Under the pieces are notes generated by a model. It did not search any database. It saw only the letters and a list, made by a program, of their open reading frames with translations, and was not told the origin of the DNA. From assembly GCA_003971905.1 (NCBI GenBank), contig RSEE01000003.1:1-64000 (forward strand): a stretch of DNA of 64,000 bases, read 5' to 3'. This document shows, piece by piece, positions 37,995-50,926 of this stretch. Position 1 is the first letter of the stretch; every line of letters starts with the position of its first letter. The translations under genes and the position numbers were made by a program. This stretch comes from Moniliella sp. 'wahieum' (Eukaryota).

Positions 37995-39682
37995 CCTCGC
38001 GCGTTGGTGGCAGAGGAGAGGCAGGCGGTGGCGGCGACGGCGAGGGAAGCAGCGCCTCGGCGGGCCTGGTGGCCTTGGAGGTGTGGGCGCGCATTTCAGC
38101 CTGGCCTGGCCAAATAAAAATACACAGCCTCGTCGCCCGCGCCTGTCTCGCGCTGGTCGGGAGCAGGCGGGCACGGGGGCAGTCGCGCCCCGGCCCCTCC
38201 GACCGGGGGGACGGGTGATCGGGTGATCGACGATCGACACTCGGTGACGTGAGTGGCGGCAAGGCAATCGCAGCGGCCGTTGAGCCGCTCTGGCCTGCTC
38301 TGCGTCTGAATATTGAATCCGGCCCCTGTCATTTAATCGAGGAGCATCGCTGTGCGCTTGTATGTTGTGCCGCGATCCAAAAGGAGCACATGCATCATGC
38401 ATCACAGTCGTTCAACGGTTCAACGCTCATGTTGATTGTTGATGCGCTCTTTACCGTCGCAGCAAGCGCAAGCGCCTGGGACTCGGTCCTCTGACTGTCT
38501 CGCTTGTTCCTGTTTTGGGGATTGAACAGCCATATGTATACAGCCACGCGTGCTATCTCTGGGACGAGGTGGCCTCCCTCTTTTGACGTGGGAGCGCCCA
38601 ACTGAGAGGTTATTGGAACGGCTTCTCGCGAAAAGGAGAAATTGAACGGCCCACAGGGGCATCGGCCGGACGCTGCGAAGACACTAGGATGTCGCAGGTG
38701 CGTTTGGACGGAAGGGGCAAAAAGCTGGGGCAAAACAGATGCCTGAGTGCCTGAGACGCCGTGTTGGGGACACAGCAATATAATGTTTTTGTGTCCTGGG
38801 ACGGTGGGACTAATGAGAAGCGTTGTGACGTCATACATAGCTTGCCCACAGGCTAACGCCGTGTGCCCCAAGGCACTGAGCCAGCCCACTCGTGCGCGAC
38901 CTCGCCTCTCCTGTGTCGTGTCGTGACCACTACCCCTCATCTCTTCGCTCCACTCAATACTTCCTTGCTTCTCTTACCGTCTGGTCTGCTACTCACTACA
39001 CAGCCGAGAATGGTGTTGCAGGTGTCAAATTCACCTGACCACAAGTTTTTCATTATCGTTCGGTGCGGGGCAATCGGCCACGGGTTAGAGGCCAACCAGC
39101 CTAACTCACAACCGTGCATACGCTGCCCTTGTACCGTTCCTCTGACACCCCCTACCCCCACACTCAAGCGTGACTGTGTCCCCCTACTTAGTGCGTCCTC
39201 TGGATACCCCACACCCGCTGAGGATAAGTTACAGCTGTGTTCCCTTACAGGGTCTTGACGCCTCGTCAGAATCGCAGCACGACGGCTGACCTGCCGCTGG
39301 TCCTAGTCGGTGGCATACAGATGACGCACGATGAGGATGCCACTAAAACACCAACAGGACGATATAGTACAGACAACCTCCAACTCTTTGCAGAAAGTGC
39401 AGAGCCAGGTGCGAGGTTGGCGTGGGGTGCACGGCCCATGCCATGTGAGGCCACCAATCTTTGGCTGGGTCCAAGGGCCAGTCCGATGGCTAGTTGGCCG
39501 ACTGGACTAAGGCCTAAAGAGCGGGGGAAAGAGCGCGTCATATGGCTTCTACCCCATCTGAAGGCGGTTCATGGATTGGGCCGGAGCTACCACAGTAGCT
39601 GCCTTTAGGGGCTCATCAACCACGCTGCCTTCGGACAGAAAAAAAGAGAGGCGAGAGACCAAGAGAGGCCGGAGACATGAAA

Positions 39683-40180
39683 TCAACAACAGTTAAGACA
39701 TAACGTGTATACAAAGCGAGAACTTAGGGAAGCACGTCTTGAAAAGGTAGGAGAGCGGAGGGTGGTTTGTGGTGGCGACAGCACATCCCTGTTGAATAAA
39801 GCGGCGTGGACGGTTGCGCAATGTTCTGACGTAAGCCGGGCGTGACACGGGCGTAAGAGGGAGTCACCCGCGCACATGGGTGATTTAATAAAACAGAGAG
39901 CTCGATGCCAAGTTTCGACCTAATAGCACGTGCAACCCAGCCACCCACCGCCACAACCCGCGGCTCAGCCCAGCCCTTCAGTACAGACGCACGGTAAAAG
40001 CAAGAGGAGTACGCATACCGGGCCGTAGGCCCGGGTGGTCCTCTAGTGGGTGATAAATTCCCTCCAGCGTGGAACGGTGGACCGGTGGCTAAGGTGGCGA
40101 CGGGGGAACGGTGGCTACGGTGGCGAGCAAGCACCAAGCACCAAGCACCTGACCGGGCCGTAGGCCCGGTGGCCCTCTAG
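39683..40180 (+). mobile_element. Putative non-autonomous Helitron-like element with two tandem 3' termini
   Basis: Two copies of the hairpin ccgggcc-gta-ggcccgg, each followed 7-8 nt later by CTAG|T (ends 40046 and 40180). A candidate A|TC 5' end at 39682/39683 is tentative. Short tandem repeats (ggtggnnn, caagcac) lie between the two ends. Confidence 0.5.
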
Positions 40181-40598
40181 TACCATCTATATACCGCGTC
40201 ATCAATCTGACGACAGGACGTGATCATGTATTGCCGTTATTGCCAGGCAGAGCTTCCAACTTGCCTGAGAGGAGTAATGCAAACGATGCTACAAGGCTAA
40301 TATCAAAGAACAACAGAATGAGGGCACAGAATCGGGGTGATTTGATAAAGTCAAGCGAGTGTTGTGGGGTGGGCTCAAAAGGATTACACGCAGGATACAA
40401 GCAAAGAACGCAGGACGCATAGGCACATAGGGACTAGGAGGGGAAAGAGGGAGAGGAACAGAGAAAACCAAACAAGAAAAAAGAAGAAACGAAAGAGAAA
40501 AGGACCTTGACTAAAACACTTCCTTGTTCCTTTACTGGTGAGGAAACTCAAGTGAAAGAAGGATTTCCTTGACAATAGCACAGCATTGCATAGTGGCA

Positions 40599-42912
40599 CT
40601 ACTCAATCTTGGGCTGGGTCAGCGCCTCGCGCGACGAGTAAACCTGGTTCAAGTGATAGGAATCAAACGTGGTCTGGGACTGTTGGGCGCCATGCTGGGC
40701 AGCCAAGCCGTCGGTACTGGCTTGGTTCCAGTACCCCGACGTGGACGCGTTGGCGGCATACGAGTAGCCCGCCTTGGTTTTCCTCTCCGCCGCGCCGCGG
40801 CGGCACAGGAAAAAGACCAGGCCAGCAATTGCCAGGAGCGCCGCGACGCCGACGCCGATGCCGACACCGAGACCGATCTTGGCGCCCGAGCTTAGGCCCG
40901 AGCTCGAGCCGCTGGGCCCAGCGCCGGCCTTGGCGCCGTCAACGGCGCCCGTGCCCACGTACACTTTGCTGGGGGCCGCGTTAAAGGCAGAGTTGTTGAC
41001 CGCGGTGTACAGTGGCGACAGGGCGGGGCCCACTTTGGGCGTCCAGGGAGCCATGCCCACCGTACTCATCGACTCGCCAATCGAAACAAACTTGCCCTGC
41101 GACGGAACACCGCCAATCGTGACAAAGAGCAACGCGGGCCCAACAGTAAGCAGATTTGGGTTGGCCGGGAGCGGGTTGATAGTGAAGACGACGCTGCCAT
41201 CCTTCTGGACCTCGTAGGTGTGCTCCAGCTGGACAGAGCGCTGTCCCATGTTCATAGCGTGGGGGAAGCCAGGGCGGATGATCATGACCTTGGCGCTGGC
41301 TGCCAGGGCGTTGGCAGCCTTGCCCATCGATGCGGCCGGCAGGGTGATGTTGAATGCACTCCCACGAAGGGGATGGTGTCAGGCAGACCTTGGGGCTGGG
41401 GGCGCGGGGCAAAGTAGTATCCGGGTACCATTTTTCCACCACATACGTCGTGTTGTATCCTTGGGGCGAGGAGGCAAGGGGCATGAGCTCGTTCACGTCA
41501 TTGTGTGGGTTGCTTCCCGCAATCAGCACCGCACCATCAGGCGCAAGAATGGCAGAGGAATGGTAAAGACGGGCATAGGCACTCTTTCCAAAGTTGGCGT
41601 CCGTCAGGCGCTTGCCCTTGGGCTGCAACGGGTCGTACAGCAGCGGCGTCAAGGTCGGGCCGGAGGACATGCCTTCCAGGTGCACCTGCTGACCATTTAG
41701 ATTGATGATGTTCCACGTTGTGTTGCCGTAACCAGCGGTGCCATTCTCGGCGCCGTTAACGATAAGCATCTGGCCCGTGGGCAGATGAACAAACTGGCCC
41801 ATCGACCTCCCCGGGCAGATCGTCCTCTTGTACAAACGCCGGTTGGCCACCATACTCCCATCTGCATTCTCGGGCTGGATTGAGGCGCAATTGCGAGAGG
41901 CTTGGGTCTCGTACATGTTGACGTTGGGCGCTGTGTAGTTGCCCCAGTCATCGTCGGTTGCGAGAACCATGCCACCACAGAAGAGAATCTCAGGAGTCCA
42001 CTGTTGGCCGGTGTAAGCGGCTTCATGGCCGTAGCAGCAGATGCCGGGTACACGCGGATGACGCCGCCAGTGTGTCGGGCAAGGGGGTCTCGACGTTTTG
42101 GTTGTGATCCCAGAGAACGTTGGACACATTGGCGTTCATGAAGATCTTGCCACTGGGCATCAGGAACATATGGGGGTACATGTTGAGACCGCTGGTAGTT
42201 GTCATGAACTTGGACATTTGCATCCCAGCGAAGGATCCCTTGGCCGTAATGTTGGTACGGTTGGGGAAGTACTCGTAAGTGGGGTTGGCGCCGCCCATGT
42301 CCAGGTTGGTGATGGACCCACCGCCGGTGGAGGTGGCGAAAGTGGGGTCGGTGTTGGGGGTGTTACGGTTGATGTAGCCGCCGGAGGTGGATCCACCCAT
42401 GATGACCATTTCTCCAGTAGCCACACTCTCGATGGTGGGATACCAGCGGTTGGAGCTCATCTGCAAGTGGCCGTCATCATCCCAGTTGTACCCGCTGGGC
42501 TGAAGGTTGAGAATGTCAAGCAGGCGGACCGCCTTGCGTCCGTCCTTGGACTGGTATGGGTTGAAGCTGTCGGTCAGGGCCACATTGCCGTACTTGACGG
42601 CCTGGTTGCCGCCAAAGACAGCCCAGGTGCCGTTAGGCAAGGTGCCGCCACCAGCACAGAACGCGTTCGTCTCCACGTCGACCGCGCGCACGGAACCATC
42701 GGTGAGGTCCACAAGGGAACCCCAGACAGGCTTGCCCGAGGCCAGCTTGGTGGGGTTGCCCTCGACCTTATCGAGAACAAAGGCGGTGTTGTTTCGACAA
42801 GGCCGAGCATCATGGCCGAGGCGAGGGAGTCCTTGGTCAACACCTCGAACGACATGGGCGTCCCCGCGAGCGCCGGGAGGGCAGTGGCCAGCACAGCAAG
42901 AGAGAGTAGCAT
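40599..42912 (-). CDS. glo1: Glyoxal oxidase / copper radical oxidase (AA5_1) with signal peptide and C-terminal transmembrane helix, Glo1-like
   Basis: Signal MLLSLAVLATALPALA; motifs NAFCAGG, RWYPT, NMYP, RSMG, RLYHSSA, GSNP, HAMNMGQR, GVPSQGKFV; TM IGLGVGIGVGVAALLAIAGLVFFLCRR. This is the architecture known for Ustilago Glo1. Frameshifted in this assembly. Confidence 0.88.
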
Positions 42913-43654
42913 AACGAAGGGAGAGCTGTCCAGCGCACGGGGAGGGCCGCCGAGGGCAAGTTGGGAGGGTGGTGGTGTCGCAACAAGATGGACCGGGCCG
43001 CGACGATCCCAAGACGGGTCGGGGGAAGAAGAGCGTTGGACGTTGGTGAGCCATGCTCAGCAGGCCGAGGCTCAGCACTGGCTCAGCCCGAGCGCTCGAC
43101 GGGCACCCTGGGCGTGCTAGTGCAGAGGGGCAGCGAAAGGTGGAGCACCCTGGGTGGCCAGCACGGCGCCAGCTGTACATCCACGCGGACGCGCTGCGGC
43201 GGGCAGTGCCTGGCAGTGCCGTGCCCCGCTGCAGGCCGCAGGGAGGGGTGCGGCACGGGGCCAGTGCCGGTGGTGGCGGTGGGCGTTGGGTGCGTTGCCA
43301 CGCTGGCTTGCTGCGGAGTTCGTGCGCTGCCGCTCGGGGCCAGCCGGCCTGCCTGGGAAGGGGGCGAGCCAGCCGGACGAGGCGGTCGAAGCGAGCGGTG
43401 CAGCCGACGTGGCACACCAGCCACCCAGCGCAGCAGCAGCGGACTTGGTGCGACCAGGCATCTGTTCCCAGCACCGAGTGCCCGCCGGTGGGGGCTGCCC
43501 GAAATAGTGCTCACACTGTGCTAGTGACTGCAAAGCGGGTGCATGGTGGAAGCGCATGCGTGTTGATCGAACCCTTGACAGTCTTCGTTTGCCGCTCGGA
43601 TCTGGGATCGGCATGCCGGCGCTTTGATCGATCTCACTGCTTTGAAACCGCTCT

Positions 43655-44181
43655 GCGCTCATCGATCACTAGTTGCTCTGGTGATAGTGACGCGTGACGC
43701 GTAATGCGCGTAATGCGCGTAATACCCCTGACGGCCTGACCGGTGAGGATATTGATTTATCGCTCCCACTCAATGAGCCCCGGAATGCAGGCTGGCAGCT
43801 AACCGGCTATGCGCGCTAACCTGAGGTTAAGCTTGAGGGAGGCTTGGGGCCTGAGGCGTGGTTATATTTAATGGTTATCGATTACCCACTGGTCGATCGT
43901 CGATGATCTCCACGGCGCGTAGGAAGATGGTACGCGCTACGCGGTACGCGGTACGCTTAGGGTGCATCGGCTATCTCGCGATATGTAGCTGTCGCTTCCC
44001 CACCGCACCTCCCCATTCGTGTCGCGCAGGTGTAGATCCCCAGTGCCGAGTCTAAGATCCAAAGTCTAACGTCTAATCGTGCACCACGCAAGTGCGAACC
44101 TTGTCGATCCCATGTCACATGTGACATGCGACGCATCCGACCGTGGACGTTGAACGTTGAACGTTGAACGTTGACCGTTGA
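43655..44181. promoter_or_regulatory. Intergenic cluster of 7-bp-period T(G/C)A + 4-nt palindrome arrays upstream of the glyoxal oxidase gene
   Basis: 43655-43672 GCGC-TCA-TCGA-TCA-CTAG; 43688-43701 TGA-CGCG-TGA-CGCG; 43733-43746 GGCC-TGA-CCGG-TGA; 44111-44128 CATG-TCA-CATG-TGA-CATG; 44147-44181 (ACGT-TGA)n. Confidence 0.5.
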
Positions 44182-45624
44182 ACACGTGGAACAGCCAATG
44201 TCCTCCGTTGCGTCTGGACTCGATCTTATAATGTTGGGACATTGAGGGCTTCTGAGATGTGTGCGTTTCGTTATCTTCCCTGCGAGGCCTCTCTCCCCTC
44301 GTGTTCCTGGGGACGAGGGCCGAGAGCCCTACCACTTTTTTAGTTCTTTTCTCGCTTCCGGTTGCCGTCTCTTCGTTGTTAGCTGTGCGTGCGGGAAGAG
44401 GTGTTTCCCCACATCCCCCGCTCCTATGTTCCTGAGTACTGAATTGATGTGGGCTGTAGATCCCGTTTACCCTCGCATTTCTGGTTTGCGTCTCGTCTAT
44501 TATTCCTTCGTATCATCAGTCGCTGAGAGAGCTTCGATGATTGATATACCGTGGTGGCACAGAGGGTTTTGCCAGTTCAAGCGATCCTCATCCTCACTAG
44601 TCACTGCCAATCAATCCTCCAGGATTGTCTTCGGGTGCATCTTGTCCTCTCAGCCCCATTTTTTTGCAGGGCTCCCACGGTGTTGTGGAGAACGGACACC
44701 GCACTGTGGGGACCTGGGTATAGGACAGGGTATATAGGTTTATGGGGTGCTTTCCCGCGGAGAGGAGAGAAGGAGCCACTCGTAGTTAATCGAGCCATAA
44801 ATGTACTTTAGTGAGACGACGCAGGCAATGGCGGGGTTGGCCAGGTCCTGCGGCGGAAACAACCACACAACTCTCGCCTCTTGTGCAGGATCGTGGCGGA
44901 GTCCATATGTAACTAATACGAGAAACAGTTTGGGTGCACTTTATTGACGGCAATGGTGAATGCCCCACAAAAGGACACTCGACTTCGACATGGCAATAGA
45001 TGTGGGCGAGGGATACTGTGGAAGAGCAAGAGCTATGGCCATCGGGGAAGCTGTTAGTAAGAAAAACGAGAGTGAAATGGCCATACGCTCAGGCTGGTTT
45101 TGTGCGAAGGGATAAGTATACTATTTGAGGGTTGTGTTGCGTCGTGGCCCTTACACGTCCGTAACACTAATAGCAATACTCTCTCGGCTAATGTCGTGAA
45201 GAGTATGATGCCCTACGATAGATTTATAGTGGTAGAAAGAAGTATTCAGTGTACTCTTGAAATCAACCCTCCCAAGATGCGACTCCGTTCTCAACGGATA
45301 GTACCATTCAGCCCAGACGGAAAGCGTTGAATGGCAAAAACTATATATGTTGTGTTGCGTGTTTCCAGCTACAAACATACAAGGGAGCTATCCTCCGGAA
45401 CGATACATCAACTAGCACAAGAAGTTCTACACTACACACATAGATCATAAGAATTAGCATCGCCAATACTACCGTCATCTCTGTTGTGGTGAACGTCTTA
45501 ATTCTCTCGAGGAACACTTTGGTCCTCTTCATTCTTTGCTATCGGACATTTCAATGACTGTATTGCTTGCACTTTCCCAAAAGTATAGCCTGAAGGTCTC
45601 AGTTCGAAAGGGAAGGAAAAAGTG

Positions 45625-45729
45625 TGAAAGCAGAGGGATTTGAACCCCGAATGTCGCAGTACCCCATCGTATATTCAACGGAAGACATAAGACTTGAATG
45701 CGATGCCTTAACCGCTTGGCTATGCTTCC
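45625..45729 (-). tRNA. Intron-containing tRNA with CAA anticodon (Leu-like), short variable loop
   Basis: Acceptor GGAAGCA/TGCTTTC plus discriminator A; D arm GCC-AAGCGGTTAA-GGC; anticodon stem TCGCA/TGCGA with loop TTCAAG|C; 33-nt intron 45692-45660; T loop GGTTCAAATCC; T5 terminator 3 nt downstream. The 5' strand of the T stem is one base short. Confidence 0.8.
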
Positions 45730-46797
45730 GACGTGTGATAGGAACCACCGCATTGTTTTGCTTTTATCTAGCGCAGCAAAAACAAGTAGTGAGAAAGAGT
45801 GAAGCTAATACGCAAGAAGCTCAACGAGCCGGATGGTAGCCGTGTGGTCGAGCACACTGCAGCAATGCGATTACTGACACCACCCCATCCCTGTCCAGAA
45901 TGCCAGGTGACAAAAAGTCGAATGTGTTTGTGCCTGCCCTAAACTGGTGGGTCGAGACGGATGGTGGCCCCCAATTATGACGTTGCCCCCAATGCCATGA
46001 TCTAGACCGTGTTGGTGGGTTGTGGAACGCTAGGTCATCGTAACAAAACGGCCTCAAGAACTAGGTCGCGTTCACACCCTTTTCGACGCCTCCCATCCCA
46101 CAGTATTTTTCCTTTATGGTCGGTTCGTCGGCCCGTTACCTTGTCCCTCTTTGTGCCATTCCAACTTGCCGCTTCAGAAAAACGGCCTCGCAGTTCCAAT
46201 TTGCCAATGCTTCTCTACTACCGCTGACGCCGAATCGGCCGAGCCTGGGCTTAGCAAAAGTCGTCATTCCATATGGAACTGTTGGGGCGGGGCATACCCT
46301 CGTGGTCACTAGCTATTGTACGAAAACACGTTCCTCTTTTCTTTCGCCTCCTAATTCACTGTTAATACCAAACTGCCCACTGCACACAGGCAATTCTAAC
46401 CTACTTGGACCTGCCCTCAAAACCGGCTCAGAGATGGGAACCACCCACCTGAGTTGAGCTTATGGCTTGCCTGCCAGCCTTGTTGTTTACTACCTGATAG
46501 CTTGATCTTACGGCTTGCTACCCTAAGATCGGAATTACGAATATATTGAATCCCCTGTGCCTAGCCGCCAGAGGACTCTCTCAGGCCGTCCACGCTTGGG
46601 GGGTTGCCTTGCTCTGGGGCCACACCCGGACGCTATAGAGGCGCTACGATAGGATGCGAAGAGGAGGCTTGAAGCTTGACAACCAGGAGCGCATGAGCTA
46701 TATGTGGCTGGTTCCATGGAGCTCCCAACAAGGGAAAGAAAAGGGAAAGGAGGAACCCTGGATGGTCAGCGAGGCGGGAGGCATTGGCCGTTTAGCG

Positions 46798-49700
46798 TTA
46801 GCCGTTACCCCGCGATGCGACAGAGGTCGTTTGCACAGCCGCCTTCTCTACTTCCTCAAACGCGCGCTGATTCTTCTCCGAGTGGCACTCTTTGAGCAAT
46901 TCGGTAAACCGGGGCGCGTCTGCCAACGACACGCCCGTCCCGCCGCCGCGAGTGAGAGCAACGGTGGTGCGGAAGACGGTGTTCTGCGCCTCGGCTACCG
47001 CTCCAGATCTTGTTGCGTTGCATCATTTTTGACCACTGTCTGGTGCGCAAGATGGTGATCAAGTGGGTCGCAATCAGCTCCCCCTTCCTCGCCACCTGCT
47101 CGGGCGCAATTGCAGTCAAGCGCACCAGAATCATCCCGCACAAGGAGCGGATACTGGCGTCGCTATCGTTCAGCCCGGCCACGACGGCGTCCGTGTAGGT
47201 GGCCAAGTCAATCTTGGTGTACAGGAAACGAATCCAGCAGCGGAGCAGCGCATCGAACGCGCCCTTGCGCAGGTCAACCCATCGTCAAGCGTCAGGAAAA
47301 GATACCCATGGGATGGAGCGCTGCAGCTCGCCCGAGGCAGCGTCTGCTCATACACTACCGGCATCATCTCCCCCACCGTGTCTCGCAGCAGATGGGGCTT
47401 GTTGTAGGCCACACTGGTGAAGGCCCGCACGGCTTCGCGCCGCACCGCATGGTCCGGGTCGGAGAGCCAGTGCAAAAACGTGGACACCGACGAGGCAAGC
47501 AGTGTATCGTACGTCCCTCGCGGCTCGGTGAGCGTGATGCGAAGCGCAATCAGGGCCACCTGCTTGATGAGGAGTCGGTCTGCTTGGCCAGATCCACCAA
47601 TTGCGGAAGGTAGCGCATCATGTCGGTCAATGTCAGCCGGCCCAAACATTCCGCGCCCAAAACTCGGTTGGCCTCGTCGCCTGCCTTGGCCGCCGAGGCC
47701 AGCATGGTAAAGATACTAGCTGGGAGGGAAACCGTTGTGGCAGCCATGGGGGAGATCCCCCGGCCCCGTGGTTCGCGCAAGGTGTTGGGAGTAGGAGGGG
47801 GAGCGTCACACCGACAATCAGTTCCTTTAGTGCGGTCAAAGCCAAGGATTGGTCACGACTGTCCCCTCCCAGCTTAGCCTGGATCACAGGCAACACAGCG
47901 GCCATGTTTCCCAACGCAAGCGCACCCAGGGATATGCCAGCAGTCCGACGCACCTCCTCCGATTCGGAAGACCAGTAGGCAAGGACCTCATCCAACAATC
48001 CCGTGCCCGTCACCAGGTCCTTACCCCGCCCAATCTCACCGAGCACAATCAGACCAAAGAAACAGACAACTCATCATGGGCCTGGAGGCACGCCTGGCCT
48101 GTTGCCACCGCCTTGATGACCAATTCAGAAGGGACATTGGAGCGTAGCGATGCACCAATGGCCTTGGCGGTTACCGTGCGGGTTTGGAGGGCGGTGAATG
48201 TGCGCCCCTGCGCCGCTATGGGGGAAGAAGTATCCGCTGCAGTGGCCAGTACGTTATCAACCGCCTTGGCGTCGGAGAAGAGATCCTCCAACACTGATGG
48301 CAATAACGCCGGGGCCACCGTGGCCAAAGTGGAGAAGAAGTCGAGAAGGGAGGCGATGGTGGTGGTCAGCAGGAGTGGGCTCTGCACCGTTGCCCTCAAT
48401 TTGGGCCAGGCCGAGGAGAGAAATTCGGATTGGGCGGCGGGCTGGGTCGCAAGCGTTGCATCGATCACCTGGAGCGAAAGAGGCAGCAGGGGGGCATCAA
48501 ACGAAAGCGAGGCGAGGATGAGCGAGGCGTTTCCCTGTCGAGCGAGGGCAGGTAGGGAATGATGGCCGCCAAACCGGTCAGGGCTTCGGACTTGATCTCG
48601 GTTTGAGCGTGGCGGAGCAGGCTTGCCAGCTCGGTGACGCACGAAGCGAAGAAGGCGTCCACCTGGGGCCCCTTAATTTCGACCGAGCCGCGCATGGCCA
48701 CAACGAGCTTGATCGTGGCCTGACGCGTGGTCTCATTGTGCAGCCGGTCCAAGAGCAACGGAAGCAAGGTTGGGAATTGGTCCTCCACTTCCCCACCGGC
48801 ATTGGCAAGGATGACACTCAGAGTATGAAGTGCATCAGTACGGATGGCCTGGTCGGCGTCCGAACGTTCCAATCGTCCAATCACAGCCGAATAGAGGGGA
48901 CGGACCAACTGGCTATGGTCCACCTGTCGCCTGGGGAACCTGCTGTGACTGGTGCCACGAGGGAGGCAGTAGTAGCCAGGCCGGCAGACGAGATCTTGTG
49001 CAGGTTATCCCCGATCGAACTGATCAGGAAAGGGAGGACCTGTCCCAGCTCGTTCTCAAAGGTCGAGGCTGGGTGGAGATCAAAGATGAGGGTGAGTAAG
49101 CCCAGCAGGTCGACCTTGAGCGAAGCACTGTCGCTTGCGGTGCTTGCTGTTTCCTTAAGAACCACGTCGATCTTGGCCAGGAACGTGGCCACGTAGGGGT
49201 CCAATCCGCCATGAAGGAGCAGGATGAGATGACGCAAGTGAGAGACAATAGGTACGGGTCTCGACACTCTTGGACGAAAGCTCCTTGTCTACGCTCTTGC
49301 AAATGGATGGGGCCAAGGCTGCGATCCGCCCCCGCGGGGTCAAATCGTCGCTCATCTCCATATCGCCAAACTTGCGTTTAAGAGCATCTGCGCCAAGTGA
49401 GGAGACCGCCGCCGGGGCCGTGTCGTTCTGGCTTGGTTGCGCCGCTGCCTGCAGCAATGCGATCAGCGCCTTTATCACATCGATCCGGACCGTTTCTCTC
49501 GCGCTCCGAAATACGCGCAACCAAGGCCGGGGTAAGCTTGTCGGCAAGCTGGGCGAGTTGTTCGGGGTGGCGGTTCTTAGATGCCTCCTTGATGGCAGCT
49601 TCGAGGACGAGGGCTGAGGCCCGACGGACCTTCCACGAATTATCTTCGTCATCGCCATAGTCCTCAAGGTCAAGCTCGTCATCACTATCGGCAAAGTTGT

Positions 49701-50839
49701 CGTCCATGTACTCGTCGTCGTCGTCCCCGGTATCCCCAGCATAGTTGGGGTCAAACGTGAGCCCGTTCAAGGCAGCAAAAACGCAGCGGTCCACGAAGCG
49801 AGTCATCTCAGGGGCACAGTAACTCAACAGCTGCTCAAACGTCAAGAGACAGCTCTCGACCAGATCTGCATCCGTTTCGCTCCCATCCAGCTCAGCAAGG
49901 GGAAGGATAACGGGGACAAACTCGGGAAGTCGGCGGCCAATCCGACGCGGGGCCGACTTGGCCAATACACCGATCAGCTGAACCATGGTTCGGCGCGCGT
50001 CGGAGGTGCCGCGTTGGAGTTGAATCAGGGTGCGCGAGCAGAGCTCAGTGAACACATCGGACGCGGCTGAGCGTCCCAGAGCGCTGAGAGCAATAATTCC
50101 CGCTTTCGGACGCCCGCATTAGGGTGGGACAGCACACCAAAGAAGGCGTCAAGGGAGGTGGTTTGGAGCGTCTTTGATCCCTGGACGGCGGGGGCGAAAC
50201 GTTCAAAGATCTCGGTTGTGATGTCGAGGCTGTCGGTGAGCAGGCCTTGGCTTGCCCCCTTTCGTGGGACCACCTTCTCCACCAGACGATTGGCCACCTT
50301 GGCGACCAGGATGGTGGCCGACTTGGATTGGTTGGGAAGTTGCTGGACTACCTTTTTTAGGCCGAGCGAGGAGAGGTCACGCTGCTCCTCGTCGGTTCCT
50401 TCGGTATAGGAGAGGAGGCTGTTGACAATCACGTAGCGCTGTGCCTCGGAGATGCGTGTGACAAGGGAGCCTAGGCTAGAGGCAAGACGGGTAAGAAAGG
50501 GTGCCGACGAAGCGAAGCGAGGAGAGGAGGGGCACATACACTTGGATCATCATGTTCTTCACGTCGCCGTTAACGTCGGTAACAAACTCGAGAACTTGGC
50601 TGACCAGGGATGCTTCGATGTGGGGGTCGATGTTGTCGGCCGCGCTTGGACGTTTCCTTGTAGAGATCGGAGAGGGCCATGTACCTGTGGGGGATGGGAG
50701 AGGAGGGATGGAGGGCTGGGTCAGCGCAGGGCCGGGGGATAGGCGATAGGCTGGGCCCAGGGGAGACGCACCGGAGGTCGGGGTCGCTGGACTTCATCTT
50801 GTCCAGCAGCGGCTGGATGACGCGGGCGGTGAGCACCAT
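46798..50839 (-). CDS. CAND1: Cullin-associated NEDD8-dissociated protein 1 (TIP120/CAND1, HEAT repeats)
   Basis: LLDKMKSSDPDLR|YMALSDL, DEEQRDLSSLGLK, FDPNY, DDEDNSWKVRRAS, DRLHNETTR, LGEIGR, AECLGRL, AYNKPHL, LDDGL. Introns near the 5' end and several frameshifts. Confidence 0.93.
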
Positions 50840-50887
50840 GGTGGCGGCCAAGGGATGGTGAGGATGGCGGTGGTGATGGTGGGGAGG

Positions 50888-50926
50888 GGTGGAGGTGGAG
50901 GTGGAGGTGGAGGTGGAGGTGGAGGT
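50888..50926. repeat. (GGTGGA)n microsatellite just upstream of CAND1
   Basis: Six and a half perfect hexamer units. Confidence 0.9.
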
